The notes below the pieces were generated by a model. The model saw nothing but the letters and a program-made list of their open reading frames with translations. It ran no database searches and was not told the DNA's origin. A stretch of DNA of 64,000 nt. It comes from a virus. The DNA is taken from positions 48,112-112,111 of the IMG/VR virus record IMGVR_UViG_3300021138_000007; one strand, written 5' to 3'. Positions 31,373 through 41,193 of this stretch are shown here, piece by piece. Within the stretch, counting starts at the first letter, position 1. Each line of letters begins with the position of its first letter. Position numbers and translations under genes: made by a program.

Positions 31373-32662
31373 ATGAGAATAGGTGTGATTGGAACAGGAT
31401 ATGTCGGACTTGTACATGCGGCTGTAATGGCTGAAATTGGACATGAAGTTCTTTGCGCTGATATTGATTTTGATAAAATAAATCAGCTTAGAAAAGGCGA
31501 ATGCCCTATCTATGAACCAGGACTTCATGAACTTCTTGTTGCACATACAAAAAATGATAGGATATTCTATACTAGTGATATTCTACAATGTGCTAAATAT
31601 GCAGATATTATCTTTATATGTGTTGGAACTCCCCCAAATAAAGACGGATCACCAAATCTTTCCTTTGTGCAAGATGTAGCACAAACAATAGCTAAAGCAA
31701 TTGATAAATATAAAATCATTGTTAATAAATCTACTGTTCCAGTGGGTACTGCTAAATTAGTCTCTAATATCATAAAACAACATCAAATTACTCCAGCGCC
31801 ATTTGATGTTGTAAGTAATCCAGAATTCCTTCGAGAAGGTAACGCCGTCAAAGACGCCTTCAATGGAGATAGAATCGTTATAGGAAGCAATTCATGGAAA
31901 GCATCAGATGAAATGATGCAACTCTATGCTCAACTTAATACACGAATACTTATTACTGATACTGAAAGCGCCGAAATGATCAAATATGCCGCTAATGCAT
32001 TTCTTGCACTTAAAATAAGCTTTATTAACTCTGTGGCAGATATATGCGAACAAACTGGAGCGAATGTAGAAGAAGTAGCAAGAGGTATTGGAAGCGATTC
32101 TAGAATTGGATCACAATTTCTTAAAGCAGGACTTGGATATGGAGGATCATGTTTTGGTAAAGATGTAGACGCATTTATTCATCTGGCAGATCAATATGAT
32201 ATCGATTTTAATATCCTTAAAGCAACTAAATTAGTAAATCAAAATCGAACTGCTAAATTTATTGAAAGAATTAGAGAACAACTTTCTTCATTAAATGATA
32301 GAAATATTGCAGTACTAGGATTGTCTTTTAAACCAAATACTGATGATATGAGAGATGCTAAATCTATTCCTTTAATTAAACAATTAATTCAAGAAGGAGC
32401 ATTTGTAAAAGCATACGATCCTGTTGCGATTCCACAAGCCAGAAAACTAATCCCAAATATTACATACGCTAAAGATGCATATGATGCATGTGAAACAGCA
32501 GACGCTGTGATTATATGTACTGAATGGGATGAATTTAAACAACTTGAATGGGAATATATAGCTAATAATATGCGTGACCCAATTATGTTTGATGGAAGGA
32601 ATATGTTTGAAAAAGAAGAAATAGAAAAATTAGGGTGGAGCTATTTTAGTATAGGAAGATAA
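31373..32662 (+). CDS. ugd: UDP-glucose 6-dehydrogenase
   Basis: GTGYVG, CVGTP, KSTVPVGT, NPEFLREG, GYGGSCFGKD, FKPNTDDMR, DGRN. Confidence 0.96.
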   Translation: MRIGVIGTGYVGLVHAAVMAEIGHEVLCADIDFDKINQLRKGECPIYEPGLHELLVAHTKNDRIFYTSDILQCAKYADIIFICVGTPPNKDGSPNLSFVQDVAQTIAKAIDKYKIIVNKSTVPVGTAKLVSNIIKQHQITPAPFDVVSNPEFLREGNAVKDAFNGDRIVIGSNSWKASDEMMQLYAQLNTRILITDTESAEMIKYAANAFLALKISFINSVADICEQTGANVEEVARGIGSDSRIGSQFLKAGLGYGGSCFGKDVDAFIHLADQYDIDFNILKATKLVNQNRTAKFIERIREQLSSLNDRNIAVLGLSFKPNTDDMRDAKSIPLIKQLIQEGAFVKAYDPVAIPQARKLIPNITYAKDAYDACETADAVIICTEWDEFKQLEWEYIANNMRDPIMFDGRNMFEKEEIEKLGWSYFSIGR

Positions 32663-32697
32663 AGCTCCAATAAAGAATATAAATACAGGAGCTTAAA

Positions 32698-33198
32698 ATG
32701 AGTCAACAAACAACAGTAAAAATAGCAGAAGTCCTTGGGCAAATGAATGGAGTAATTAACTCTATGGAAGAACAAGGATTATTCGAAGAAGCAAATGCTT
32801 TGAATAAAGTATTTCATAAAATTGCTTGCGATAATTGTCAATGCGGAACTGAAGAATCCACAAATATGACACAACAATTTAGTAATGAAATGTCTAATCA
32901 AGACGAACCAGATTTTGAAGTCGAAATGGCACATAATCAACTTAGCACAGCGAAAAGAGCAATTCAACAATTACAAGAAACACTTGGTGTTCATGAAAAA
33001 AATCTTCCTGCCTGGGTGCAGTCTAAACTTACAACTGCTGTTGATTATTTAGATACTATTAGCGATTATATGAAAAGCGATAAAGATGGCGTAGAAATGG
33101 AAGATAATGAAGCCGTTCCTATGAAAGCTAAATCATTCAATATGACTGTAGATTCACCTAAAACATCTGCCCCTGCATTCAAGATCACAGTTGAATAA
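32698..33198 (+). CDS. hypothetical phage protein, probably late/virion
   Basis: EEQGLFEEANAL..VF.KIA leader; LPAWVQSKLT.A.DYL domain; upstream AGGA-N19-AATA. Confidence 0.65.
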   Translation: MSQQTTVKIAEVLGQMNGVINSMEEQGLFEEANALNKVFHKIACDNCQCGTEESTNMTQQFSNEMSNQDEPDFEVEMAHNQLSTAKRAIQQLQETLGVHEKNLPAWVQSKLTTAVDYLDTISDYMKSDKDGVEMEDNEAVPMKAKSFNMTVDSPKTSAPAFKITVE

Positions 33199-33223
33199 CT
33201 TTTAAGAAGAAATAGGAAATTTC

Positions 33224-33541
33224 CTATTTCTTCTTAAAAAATCCCTTCTTACTCTCTAATTCTAAAATCTTAGCCTCTAATTGATCATTCTTGGCAAGTA
33301 ATTTTGCAACTTTATCCTTTAATTCAATCACTTCCTCAGGATCATCACTTGCGTCATCACTAATAGTCCAAATATTGCTATGATTATTAGGGCATTGAAA
33401 ATTCTTTCCATCAGTCCTGCGGCGACGATAAAAATCTTTTGTAACACCAAATTTAATGCAACATGTTGCACATGTTATTGGAATTAAATCATCATCGTCA
33501 AATTGATTTAAATATTCTTGAGTTGCTTTGCTTAATCTCAT
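33224..33541 (-). CDS. zinc-finger plus coiled-coil hypothetical protein
   Basis: CATC...FQCPNNH. Confidence 0.6.
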   Translation of the reverse strand: MRLSKATQEYLNQFDDDDLIPITCATCCIKFGVTKDFYRRRRTDGKNFQCPNNHSNIWTISDDASDDPEEVIELKDKVAKLLAKNDQLEAKILELESKKGFFKKK

Positions 33542-33592
33542 ATGTTTTTCTCTTTAAAGGTATGTTTAATTGTAAAATGTAATTATTGTATT

Positions 33593-34039
33593 ATGTGGTA
33601 TAGGAATAAGCATAAATATAGAATTTCTCATGATTTAAATGAAGTTGATAGAATTGCGGACATTGTAAGTAAAATGAATCCATATACTCCTCAACAACAC
33701 TTTGATCTTTTGACAAAACCATTGCCGCAAATATCTGAATCTGCTTCCGTAGAAGAAAGACTTAAACATATTGCTGATAATAACTTTATCAGGATATATA
33801 ATAGTATTCATCCTCAAATTTATATTTTCCCAAGTGAATCAGTAGGCAAATGGAGATATTTTTTATATGATCCCAAACATCTTAAAAGAATAATGAATGA
33901 AGATTATTATGAAACACTTACCACGCCTTTTAATCTAGATTATCCATTAGAAGAAGTTTATAGCTGGTGTCATAAACAATATCCAACAGCATTAATTGAT
34001 CATTTTGATTCGGAAGAAGAAGCTATTCAAGACTCATAA
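33593..34039 (+). CDS. hypothetical protein, MWY-leader family (MWYRNKHKYRIS)
   Basis: Internal ATG downstream of AGGT-N19-AATT with the same spacing as the 16699 and 17448 genes. Confidence 0.6.
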   Translation: MWYRNKHKYRISHDLNEVDRIADIVSKMNPYTPQQHFDLLTKPLPQISESASVEERLKHIADNNFIRIYNSIHPQIYIFPSESVGKWRYFLYDPKHLKRIMNEDYYETLTTPFNLDYPLEEVYSWCHKQYPTALIDHFDSEEEAIQDS

Positions 34040-34433
34040 GTTTTTTGCTTAATTCAATATTCAATTTATTAGGAAATTTTAACTTTAAATTTTGTAAAAA
34101 ACTTCGTTTACTAGGCTGTCGAAAATAAATATAAATATTATATTTGTCTTTGTCTTCTTGAGGAATCTTTAAACCTATAACTGTAGAGTCTGAATATACT
34201 AATTCACAATCTTTACCAAATTGTTTATAAATATGATCATCTACAATAATGCTAAAGTCTCCATAATAAGATGGCCCACTCAATATTCGTGTTTGAGGAT
34301 GATAGGGAACAAATTTAATATCTACATAAACTACATTCCCAACACCATACCCGCCATGATATATCCACAAATATTTATCATGATTAACATTCATTAATGT
34401 TAAAATTTTGTTCAAAGCTTTATCTATTTTCAT
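34023..34433 (-). CDS. hypothetical protein
   Basis: ORF track. Confidence 0.5.
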   Translation of the reverse strand: MKIDKALNKILTLMNVNHDKYLWIYHGGYGVGNVVYVDIKFVPYHPQTRILSGPSYYGDFSIIVDDHIYKQFGKDCELVYSDSTVIGLKIPQEDKDKYNIYIYFRQPSKRSFLQNLKLKFPNKLNIELSKKLMSLE

Positions 34434-34942
34434 TAGCTTCCTCGATAAAGAATGCCCTGAATGTATTCATATTTACCTTTGCATTCACGAGCGTCTGCAA
34501 GAGCATCATGCTTATTTCCTGTAGTTGGCAAAATGAACTTTTCAATACCTTCTTGCTTACGCCATTGCTGAATGTCACGCACAAACATAGGCCAAGTCTT
34601 CGGTAAATCAAGCATTTTGCCATATAATTGACATAACACCACCCAATCATATGAAGCATAATCTGCCCAGAATTCAGGATTTTTCCCGACAAATTCAATA
34701 ATGTCTTTCGCTATCTGTTTTCTGGTCTTCCAAACAGGAGAGTCCTCTTGCGGTAAATGACAAATGACATTGTCTTGTAGCCATTTATCTTTAAGAATAC
34801 GATCCCAATCTGCGTCAATAACACAAGCGTAATATTCTCTGTTATCTTCACTAACAATCGCAATTGAAATTAATTCAATTGTTTTACCATCTTCTAAAAA
34901 TTCTGTATCAAAAAAGTATTTAATCTTCTTGCTCCTCTTCAT
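34433..34942 (-). CDS. DEDDh 3'-5' exoribonuclease (RNase AS/Rv2179c-like)
   Basis: YFFDTEF...ELISIAIV, ASYDWV, HDALADA. Confidence 0.85.
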   Translation of the reverse strand: MKRSKKIKYFFDTEFLEDGKTIELISIAIVSEDNREYYACVIDADWDRILKDKWLQDNVICHLPQEDSPVWKTRKQIAKDIIEFVGKNPEFWADYASYDWVVLCQLYGKMLDLPKTWPMFVRDIQQWRKQEGIEKFILPTTGNKHDALADARECKGKYEYIQGILYRGS

Positions 34943-35285
34943 CTGTGTCTTTTGTATTTGCTAATAAATCCTCATAAGTTTTAATTGCATTCTCAATAGT
35001 GGCAATTTGATTCTTAATCTGGTCAATATTAAAATCACCTTCATCAGCCTTCACGTTATCATAACGCACTACTGATTCTACTAAAGTTAATTCTAACTTG
35101 GAGAAATATAACATTTCATTTAAAAATTGTAACTTTAAATTAATGCCACCGCGATTTGAATCATACATGGCTTTCACCCTGCCATATTCAACACCAGCAT
35201 AAATAACTAAATTAATAGCCTGTTTAGATGTTAACTGAACAGGATATTTGACTTCTTCTGCATATAATTCTTCAATGTTTTTCAT
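34920..35285 (-). CDS. hypothetical protein
   Basis: ORF track. Confidence 0.55.
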   Translation of the reverse strand: MKNIEELYAEEVKYPVQLTSKQAINLVIYAGVEYGRVKAMYDSNRGGINLKLQFLNEMLYFSKLELTLVESVVRYDNVKADEGDFNIDQIKNQIATIENAIKTYEDLLANTKDTDEEEQED

Positions 35286-35443
35286 TTTTTACCCTTAATA
35301 TATACTACGTGAATTCATCAATAATGTTAGCATCCCTAATGCCTCGATATGTCCCATACATCAAAGCAATTATAGTGATCATTATATATGTGAAACTAAA
35401 TACTAATTCAAGCGCCATTGCTTTATTTTTTATTGAAATTCAA

Positions 35444-36091
35444 CTACCATTCAGAATGAATTTCAATAAAACTCCAAATATTTATTAACTTTTTATACAT
35501 CATGATTTCCAGTGTATTACAATTAGCACTGGAAATTTCCACAATTACAAAATGACCTTCTTCTGTAACTTTACGACCAACAGATGAAACTCTGACATGC
35601 AATGGATTAATGTTTAAAGTTATATTCTCTTTCTTAGCTTCAGAAATAACATCCTCTAAAGCTTTTTCGGCATCTTCGCGCAAATATTGAAATAATTGTT
35701 CATCATTTAATTTCACGCCATCACGATAATGAATTCCTTTAGCAGATTCTTCTAATTCGAATTGCTTCATATCAAGCTTTCGCATTTCATTAATAGAAAT
35801 ACCTTCATACCAATCGCTCCCGTATAAATCTTGAAGATATTTATCATAATCAGCAATGCTTTTTGGAGAATCTACTAAATCAGAATTAGGAGAAGCATCT
35901 AATTCTATTTCATAACTACCCGCTTCATAATATCCATCGATGTCATTATATCTTCCATGTTCATTTAAATACCATTTTCTTACCGTTCTTGTAGGACGTG
36001 TAGCTACAGCGTCGGCTTTTTCTTTACTGGAATAAACGCCGAGAATTGTAGTGGATTCTATATCATTAATATAAGCAATATGTAATTTCAT
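35444..36091 (-). CDS. hypothetical protein
   Basis: N-terminal ILGVYSSKEKA small-domain motif common in phage proteins. Confidence 0.6.
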   Translation of the reverse strand: MKLHIAYINDIESTTILGVYSSKEKADAVATRPTRTVRKWYLNEHGRYNDIDGYYEAGSYEIELDASPNSDLVDSPKSIADYDKYLQDLYGSDWYEGISINEMRKLDMKQFELEESAKGIHYRDGVKLNDEQLFQYLREDAEKALEDVISEAKKENITLNINPLHVRVSSVGRKVTEEGHFVIVEISSANCNTLEIMMYKKLINIWSFIEIHSEW

Positions 36092-36633
36092 TTTATATCA
36101 TAATCGATCAAACGATCTATATTTATTCTTATTATAGCAAATCTTTCTTCAAAATCTCCTACGATAATATCACCAAAATCGTTATCAAAAAACTTCCAAC
36201 CATTTGAAGTTTTTTCAAATGATAAACTGTTAATTTTATATTCATTTAAAATGTGCTTAATATGCTCTAAAAATGAATTAACGTAGTCTTGTGATATATT
36301 TAGTATCACTGCCCCAAATTCAGTAAATTCCCTATAATTTCCGTGCTTTGGACGTGTGTTTTTAAGCCAACACTGTGTTACATAAAAGTATCTATGTTCT
36401 TCAGCACTAACATAGTCTAAATAATCCCTGATTGTATCTTTCCCAGTCTGTCGTAAATATACATTGCTTTTTTCAATTTGATAAGAATGTAATAAATCTA
36501 CTTTAGGATAAGTTTCAAATGATTGTAGACATATTTCTTGAAAACCAACTAAATCTAAACCACTAATCAAAGTATTAATTAATGATCTTTTGTGTTTTTC
36601 TCTTTTGGTGTCAAAACTCATTGTCTTCCTCAA
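36088..36633 (-). CDS. degenerate class II aaRS-like (HisRS/HisZ-like) catalytic-domain fragment
   Basis: GFQEI...; YLR; YFYVTQCWLKNTRPKHGNYREFTEFG resembles motif 2; INIDRL resembles motif 3. Confidence 0.55.
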   Translation of the reverse strand: MRKTMSFDTKREKHKRSLINTLISGLDLVGFQEICLQSFETYPKVDLLHSYQIEKSNVYLRQTGKDTIRDYLDYVSAEEHRYFYVTQCWLKNTRPKHGNYREFTEFGAVILNISQDYVNSFLEHIKHILNEYKINSLSFEKTSNGWKFFDNDFGDIIVGDFEERFAIIRINIDRLIDYDIK

Positions 36634-36979
36634 TAATTACTTCAGGCGATTCAACATTAAATTCAGCTCTCCAACGATTGAATGCCTCTAATACATCTGG
36701 AGCTAAATAAACTACTTCTATAGAACGACGCAATTCTGTAATGCCATCACGAGCTATTCGACGCAACTGAACGACTCCAACAAATCCAGATGTCTTCAAC
36801 TCTTTTAGATATTCTACTTCAATATTATCAGCCTCATCTTTAACATCATATAAAGCTAATAATTCCCATCCAGATTCATCTTTAAAATTTGGTTCACGCT
36901 TATCTAAACGTGTGTCTTCAAATTCAATACGTAATTCTTTTTTACGCATTTGTATCATTTTCATTTGTTTCTCTGTCAT
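36611..36979 (-). CDS. hypothetical protein
   Basis: ORF track. Confidence 0.55.
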   Translation of the reverse strand: MTEKQMKMIQMRKKELRIEFEDTRLDKREPNFKDESGWELLALYDVKDEADNIEVEYLKELKTSGFVGVVQLRRIARDGITELRRSIEVVYLAPDVLEAFNRWRAEFNVESPEVIIEEDNEF

Positions 36980-37947
36980 AATGTATATACTTCCTTATTG
37001 GCATTTTCAAAACAATTTATTTCTACTTGAATTTGATTTAAAGTTCCAACAGTTTTGCTACACATAGATTGTAATATTGATAATACTTGTTTATTTTGCT
37101 GAAGTAATATATCAGTATCATCAATTAAATTATATGCACTTTGAATTTCTTGTATCGAATTTGTCGCGCCGTAAATTACATTGAGTTTTTGAGCCATAGA
37201 TTCAATAGGTGCAATTATATCAATGGCTTCTTGTTTTTGTATGAGTAGTTTATTTTGTTGCTCTTTTAATTTCACAATACAATCATTCGCTGTTTCAATG
37301 CGAGATAATGTCAATATAGACATTTCATCTTCTTGCACTTCAACTGAATGTTGCAAACTACTGACAATATCATGAAGTTTATTTATATGTTTTGAAATTT
37401 TATTGTAACTTTCATCAATTGTTTTTATTAAATCATGGCTTTTTTGTATAGGTTCATTTGTTAAATAATCAATAACTTTTTTAATTATATTTGCATCATA
37501 TGCATTAAAATCTAAAATATTATTTTCTAATTTAAATTCCTTTTCATATTTATGCTTTTTAATACTGTAATATATTGAACTTATGAATCCATACCTATGA
37601 TAAAAAATAGGAGGAAAATATTTCGAATCTTGGTATGCATTTAGTACCATACCAATGAACATACCCGTTAATACAAAGCCAATAATCAAATTAACAACAA
37701 AATGACCTAGATAATCTGGAAAAGTCACGGGATTATCAACAATATGATAATGATGCGCAATATACCAAGAAATTCCAGTCATCCAAATTATAATATCTCC
37801 AAATACACCGATTTGAAAAGCTTCATTTGCAACAACTATTTTATCGTGCATTGAATTTTCTTGTTTTTTTGATAAAATTTCGCATGCAATAGCCTCTTTA
37901 TATAAAGTCTCAATATCTATATCAGTATTCATTTCTAAAGTATTCAT
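36976..37947 (-). CDS. two-TM membrane protein with coiled-coil tail (paralog 1)
   Basis: Two hydrophobic segments; YD..I..V..YL...PIQ....LI..IDES shared with the next gene. Confidence 0.65.
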   Translation of the reverse strand: MNTLEMNTDIDIETLYKEAIACEILSKKQENSMHDKIVVANEAFQIGVFGDIIIWMTGISWYIAHHYHIVDNPVTFPDYLGHFVVNLIIGFVLTGMFIGMVLNAYQDSKYFPPIFYHRYGFISSIYYSIKKHKYEKEFKLENNILDFNAYDANIIKKVIDYLTNEPIQKSHDLIKTIDESYNKISKHINKLHDIVSSLQHSVEVQEDEMSILTLSRIETANDCIVKLKEQQNKLLIQKQEAIDIIAPIESMAQKLNVIYGATNSIQEIQSAYNLIDDTDILLQQNKQVLSILQSMCSKTVGTLNQIQVEINCFENANKEVYTL

Positions 37948-38966
37948 GATATTTTTTCAATCTCCAATTGAGCGCCAACATAACAGTCTAAATCCCTGCG
38001 GATATTATTAATACGAGACATAGTATGATTACATATTGCGTTAATGCTATCAATCGCGGCACAATTTTGAGCAATAAGAACTTTATTGTCATCGACAACA
38101 TTCATCATTATATTAATCTCATTTATCATATTTGTAACAGTGCTAAGAGCATTTAGACGATCCGCCATCTTCTTTAATGGCTCAATAGCATTATTAACTT
38201 CATTTTTCTGATTTTTAAATATAACCAACTGATCTTTAAGCTTTTGAGAACACAATTGAGCCATATCAATCCGATTTTGAGTTAATTCACTAATTGCATC
38301 TTTATTGTTATCAAAAGTTAAGCGAACTTTCATATTTTTAACTAATTGATCAATCTTGGATATTTGATTGTCTGTTGATCGAATTGATTCATCAATTGAT
38401 GAAATTAAATTATCAGCTTCTTGGATGGGGAATTTTAATAAATATTTAGATACAGTATCAATAACTTCAGGATCATATATATTTATTTCCTGAGTCGTAT
38501 TAGGTATTTCGATATTTTGCTTTTTGATAATTAAAGATACAATTAAAGACATAATACCATGCACTCGATAATCATACGACAAATGACCAGGAGTATATCT
38601 ACCTAAAGCAATATTGTCTAAAACAAGAATGGAAAATAAAGTTGTAAATATAGCACCTTCTCCAGCCAGACAATATGCCCACCAACCGAATAATCCAAAG
38701 TAAAAATTAACTGCGGCAAAAATTGTAATAGCATTATAAGAAAATAGATCAAGACTATTAAATATACCAAAAATAGCTTTCCATATCTTTTGCGAATTGT
38801 CTAGTTTATTTTTCCATTTATTAATTTGTTTGATTCTACTATCATATGTATCAATTTCCTCATTTTTAAACTGGGACTCTTCTGACTTTGCTTTTTTATA
38901 TAAAGCAATAATATCAGATTCAACAAGATAGTTGGTAAAATCAATTTGCTCTAATGCTAAACTCAT
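37944..38966 (-). CDS. two-TM membrane protein with coiled-coil tail (paralog 2)
   Basis: Shares the motifs of 36976-37947. Confidence 0.65.
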   Translation of the reverse strand: MSLALEQIDFTNYLVESDIIALYKKAKSEESQFKNEEIDTYDSRIKQINKWKNKLDNSQKIWKAIFGIFNSLDLFSYNAITIFAAVNFYFGLFGWWAYCLAGEGAIFTTLFSILVLDNIALGRYTPGHLSYDYRVHGIMSLIVSLIIKKQNIEIPNTTQEINIYDPEVIDTVSKYLLKFPIQEADNLISSIDESIRSTDNQISKIDQLVKNMKVRLTFDNNKDAISELTQNRIDMAQLCSQKLKDQLVIFKNQKNEVNNAIEPLKKMADRLNALSTVTNMINEINIMMNVVDDNKVLIAQNCAAIDSINAICNHTMSRINNIRRDLDCYVGAQLEIEKIS

Positions 38967-39478
38967 TTTAATAATTCCCTGACATTGCTCAATTTATTTA
39001 ATTCTTGCCCACTCAATGTCACATATCCATTATCGGATGTTTTGCTGCGCAATACATTAAAAAAACTAATGTTATCATCATATTTACCACATCGCTTGAG
39101 ATAACGCTTATAAATTGAATTTCCAAATTTATTTTTAGAATGAACCCTGGAAAGAATATCCGACGATGTGACAGCAGGAACACCAAATAACTTTAAATAT
39201 TTCCGCCAACCATTAATGCGATCTATTTCAAGATTTATAAGATGAGCAAATTCACGACGTAAAATATTATCGTTCTTTACAGATAATTCACGAACGAGAC
39301 TGTCAACAAATACCTTGCGCACACGATAAAAACTATCATGGGACAAATTATTGCCGTTCATCAACAAACCCTCAACCACTAAATTGTCTGACAAAATTTC
39401 GTTTTCTAACATAACACTTTCTACGATCTTTTTGAATAAAAAGTTTTTCCTGAAAATTGCACACGAATAAATAGGCAA
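38963..39478 (-). CDS. hypothetical protein
   Basis: ORF track; start uncertain. Confidence 0.5.
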   Translation of the reverse strand: MPIYSCAIFRKNFLFKKIVESVMLENEILSDNLVVEGLLMNGNNLSHDSFYRVRKVFVDSLVRELSVKNDNILRREFAHLINLEIDRINGWRKYLKLFGVPAVTSSDILSRVHSKNKFGNSIYKRYLKRCGKYDDNISFFNVLRSKTSDNGYVTLSGQELNKLSNVRELLK

Positions 39479-39536
39479 TTATATACTGTTAGTATAGAAA
39501 AAGAACTTTGTTAAATAATGAGAGAAAAATCTCTCA

Positions 39537-40367
39537 TTATTTAACATAATTGAAACAATAATATCTTAATGTACTTCGTAATAAATCATTATAGTCACGA
39601 TATACTGGATGTAACCAATAAGGATGCATCCTTTGAATATTATCTAAATCATTTATGTTTAAATAAGGACGATAACGAACATAATTACTACTAGATGAAA
39701 TTAATTGATAACCCTCTAACGCTATTATTGTTGGAAAAATAAACTCAATGGCAACACACATGTCATCTATTAAATCTAAAAATTCAACTAAATTTGTTTT
39801 ATCACAAAATGAAATTAAACTTCTAATAGCTTTTCTACTGTAACTTGTACTTGGAAAAAAACATAAATAAAATGAATTACTGTCAATTTCATCTAAAGAA
39901 TAATATTTACTTAAAAATTCAATGAGATGATAACGGTTTTTGAACATATTGTGATCTTTTAACCAATCTTCATTATATTCAAATATCCTGAAACAATTCC
40001 CATATATTCCCCAATAAGGATAAAATTGTACTGCGGAACGTATGTGATCAATATATCCAGAACGTAATAATAATTGATCTGAATCTATAAATGTGATAAT
40101 GTCGTAATCAAAATTTAATTCACAATAACGCATGCAATCTAAAACATAATTATGAACATTTGCCCATTCTTGATGTGTAGAATTGGGATAGAATACTATA
40201 CGAGAATGATAACTTAATAACTCATCCCTGTGAAACTCTAAAAATTGATCATAACTACCGTCATATATCAATATGATAGAACTATTGTCAAAATATGATA
40301 TGTTTTTTAACATATCAATAACACAATCTAAACACTCGTGAAAAGAAATGACGTAAATGTGATCCAT
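39537..40367 (-). CDS. putative GT-A glycosyltransferase-like protein
   Basis: IYDGS, FIDSD (DxD), C-terminal HPV. Confidence 0.5.
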   Translation of the reverse strand: MDHIYVISFHECLDCVIDMLKNISYFDNSSIILIYDGSYDQFLEFHRDELLSYHSRIVFYPNSTHQEWANVHNYVLDCMRYCELNFDYDIITFIDSDQLLLRSGYIDHIRSAVQFYPYWGIYGNCFRIFEYNEDWLKDHNMFKNRYHLIEFLSKYYSLDEIDSNSFYLCFFPSTSYSRKAIRSLISFCDKTNLVEFLDLIDDMCVAIEFIFPTIIALEGYQLISSSSNYVRYRPYLNINDLDNIQRMHPYWLHPVYRDYNDLLRSTLRYYCFNYVK

Positions 40368-40445
40368 AATATCTTTATACGATTTTGCGATAACTTTATC
40401 TTGTCATAAAAAGGATTCAATAACAGTAAGTTGAAAATAATTAAT

Positions 40446-41156
40446 ATGTGGTATAGATTCGCAATGATAAGAACTGCAAATGAATATTGGTTCTATGATA
40501 ATAATGTCGAATATGCAGACGGAGATGTCGGTGATAAAGATCATGAAATGATCGCTGAAGATTATATACTAAACCAATTTATACCATATGAAAGATTGCC
40601 AGAATTTAATGATGAATATGGACTTACTCAAGAAAAATTAGAAACCTCTGCTGCCAGAAATTATAATTTCATTGAATATTTAACAAATAAATATCAACTG
40701 CCTGAACAAGAAATAATCGATAATATCTATGAATATAATTATATCAATTGGCTCTTGACTGGAGATGATACTTTGCAAACTCCACAAAGTAAAGAATTAT
40801 TTTCAGCACTATACGATCCAAGAAAATATGCCTTGGAAAAATTAGGATGGATACGTGTCCGAGGAAATAATATACAAACACAAAATTTAGATCAAAATCA
40901 TTTAGATGAAATCATAAATGGTTTGCAAGAAATTTATGGCGAAGATTATGATGAAGGATTTGATGAGAAAATTAATAATAAAAAATTTACAATCGAAGTA
41001 TTAGGTAATAGAAAAACACTACATGATGTTCCATACTGGGAAATTGCTGATGGAAGCGTAAGAAAAAGATTACAAGAAAAAGTTGAAGACTATCTACCAA
41101 CTAATAGATTTAATCCGTATTCGAATACTCCTGGATATAAATATACAGGAGGATAA
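40446..41156 (+). CDS. hypothetical acidic protein, MWY-leader family (MWYRFAMIRTA)
   Basis: Internal ATG; upstream AGGA-N19/20-AATA. Confidence 0.65.
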   Translation: MWYRFAMIRTANEYWFYDNNVEYADGDVGDKDHEMIAEDYILNQFIPYERLPEFNDEYGLTQEKLETSAARNYNFIEYLTNKYQLPEQEIIDNIYEYNYINWLLTGDDTLQTPQSKELFSALYDPRKYALEKLGWIRVRGNNIQTQNLDQNHLDEIINGLQEIYGEDYDEGFDEKINNKKFTIEVLGNRKTLHDVPYWEIADGSVRKRLQEKVEDYLPTNRFNPYSNTPGYKYTGG

Positions 41157-41193
41157 TTATTAATGTATCTGAAACTTTTAAAAGGAAAAGAAA

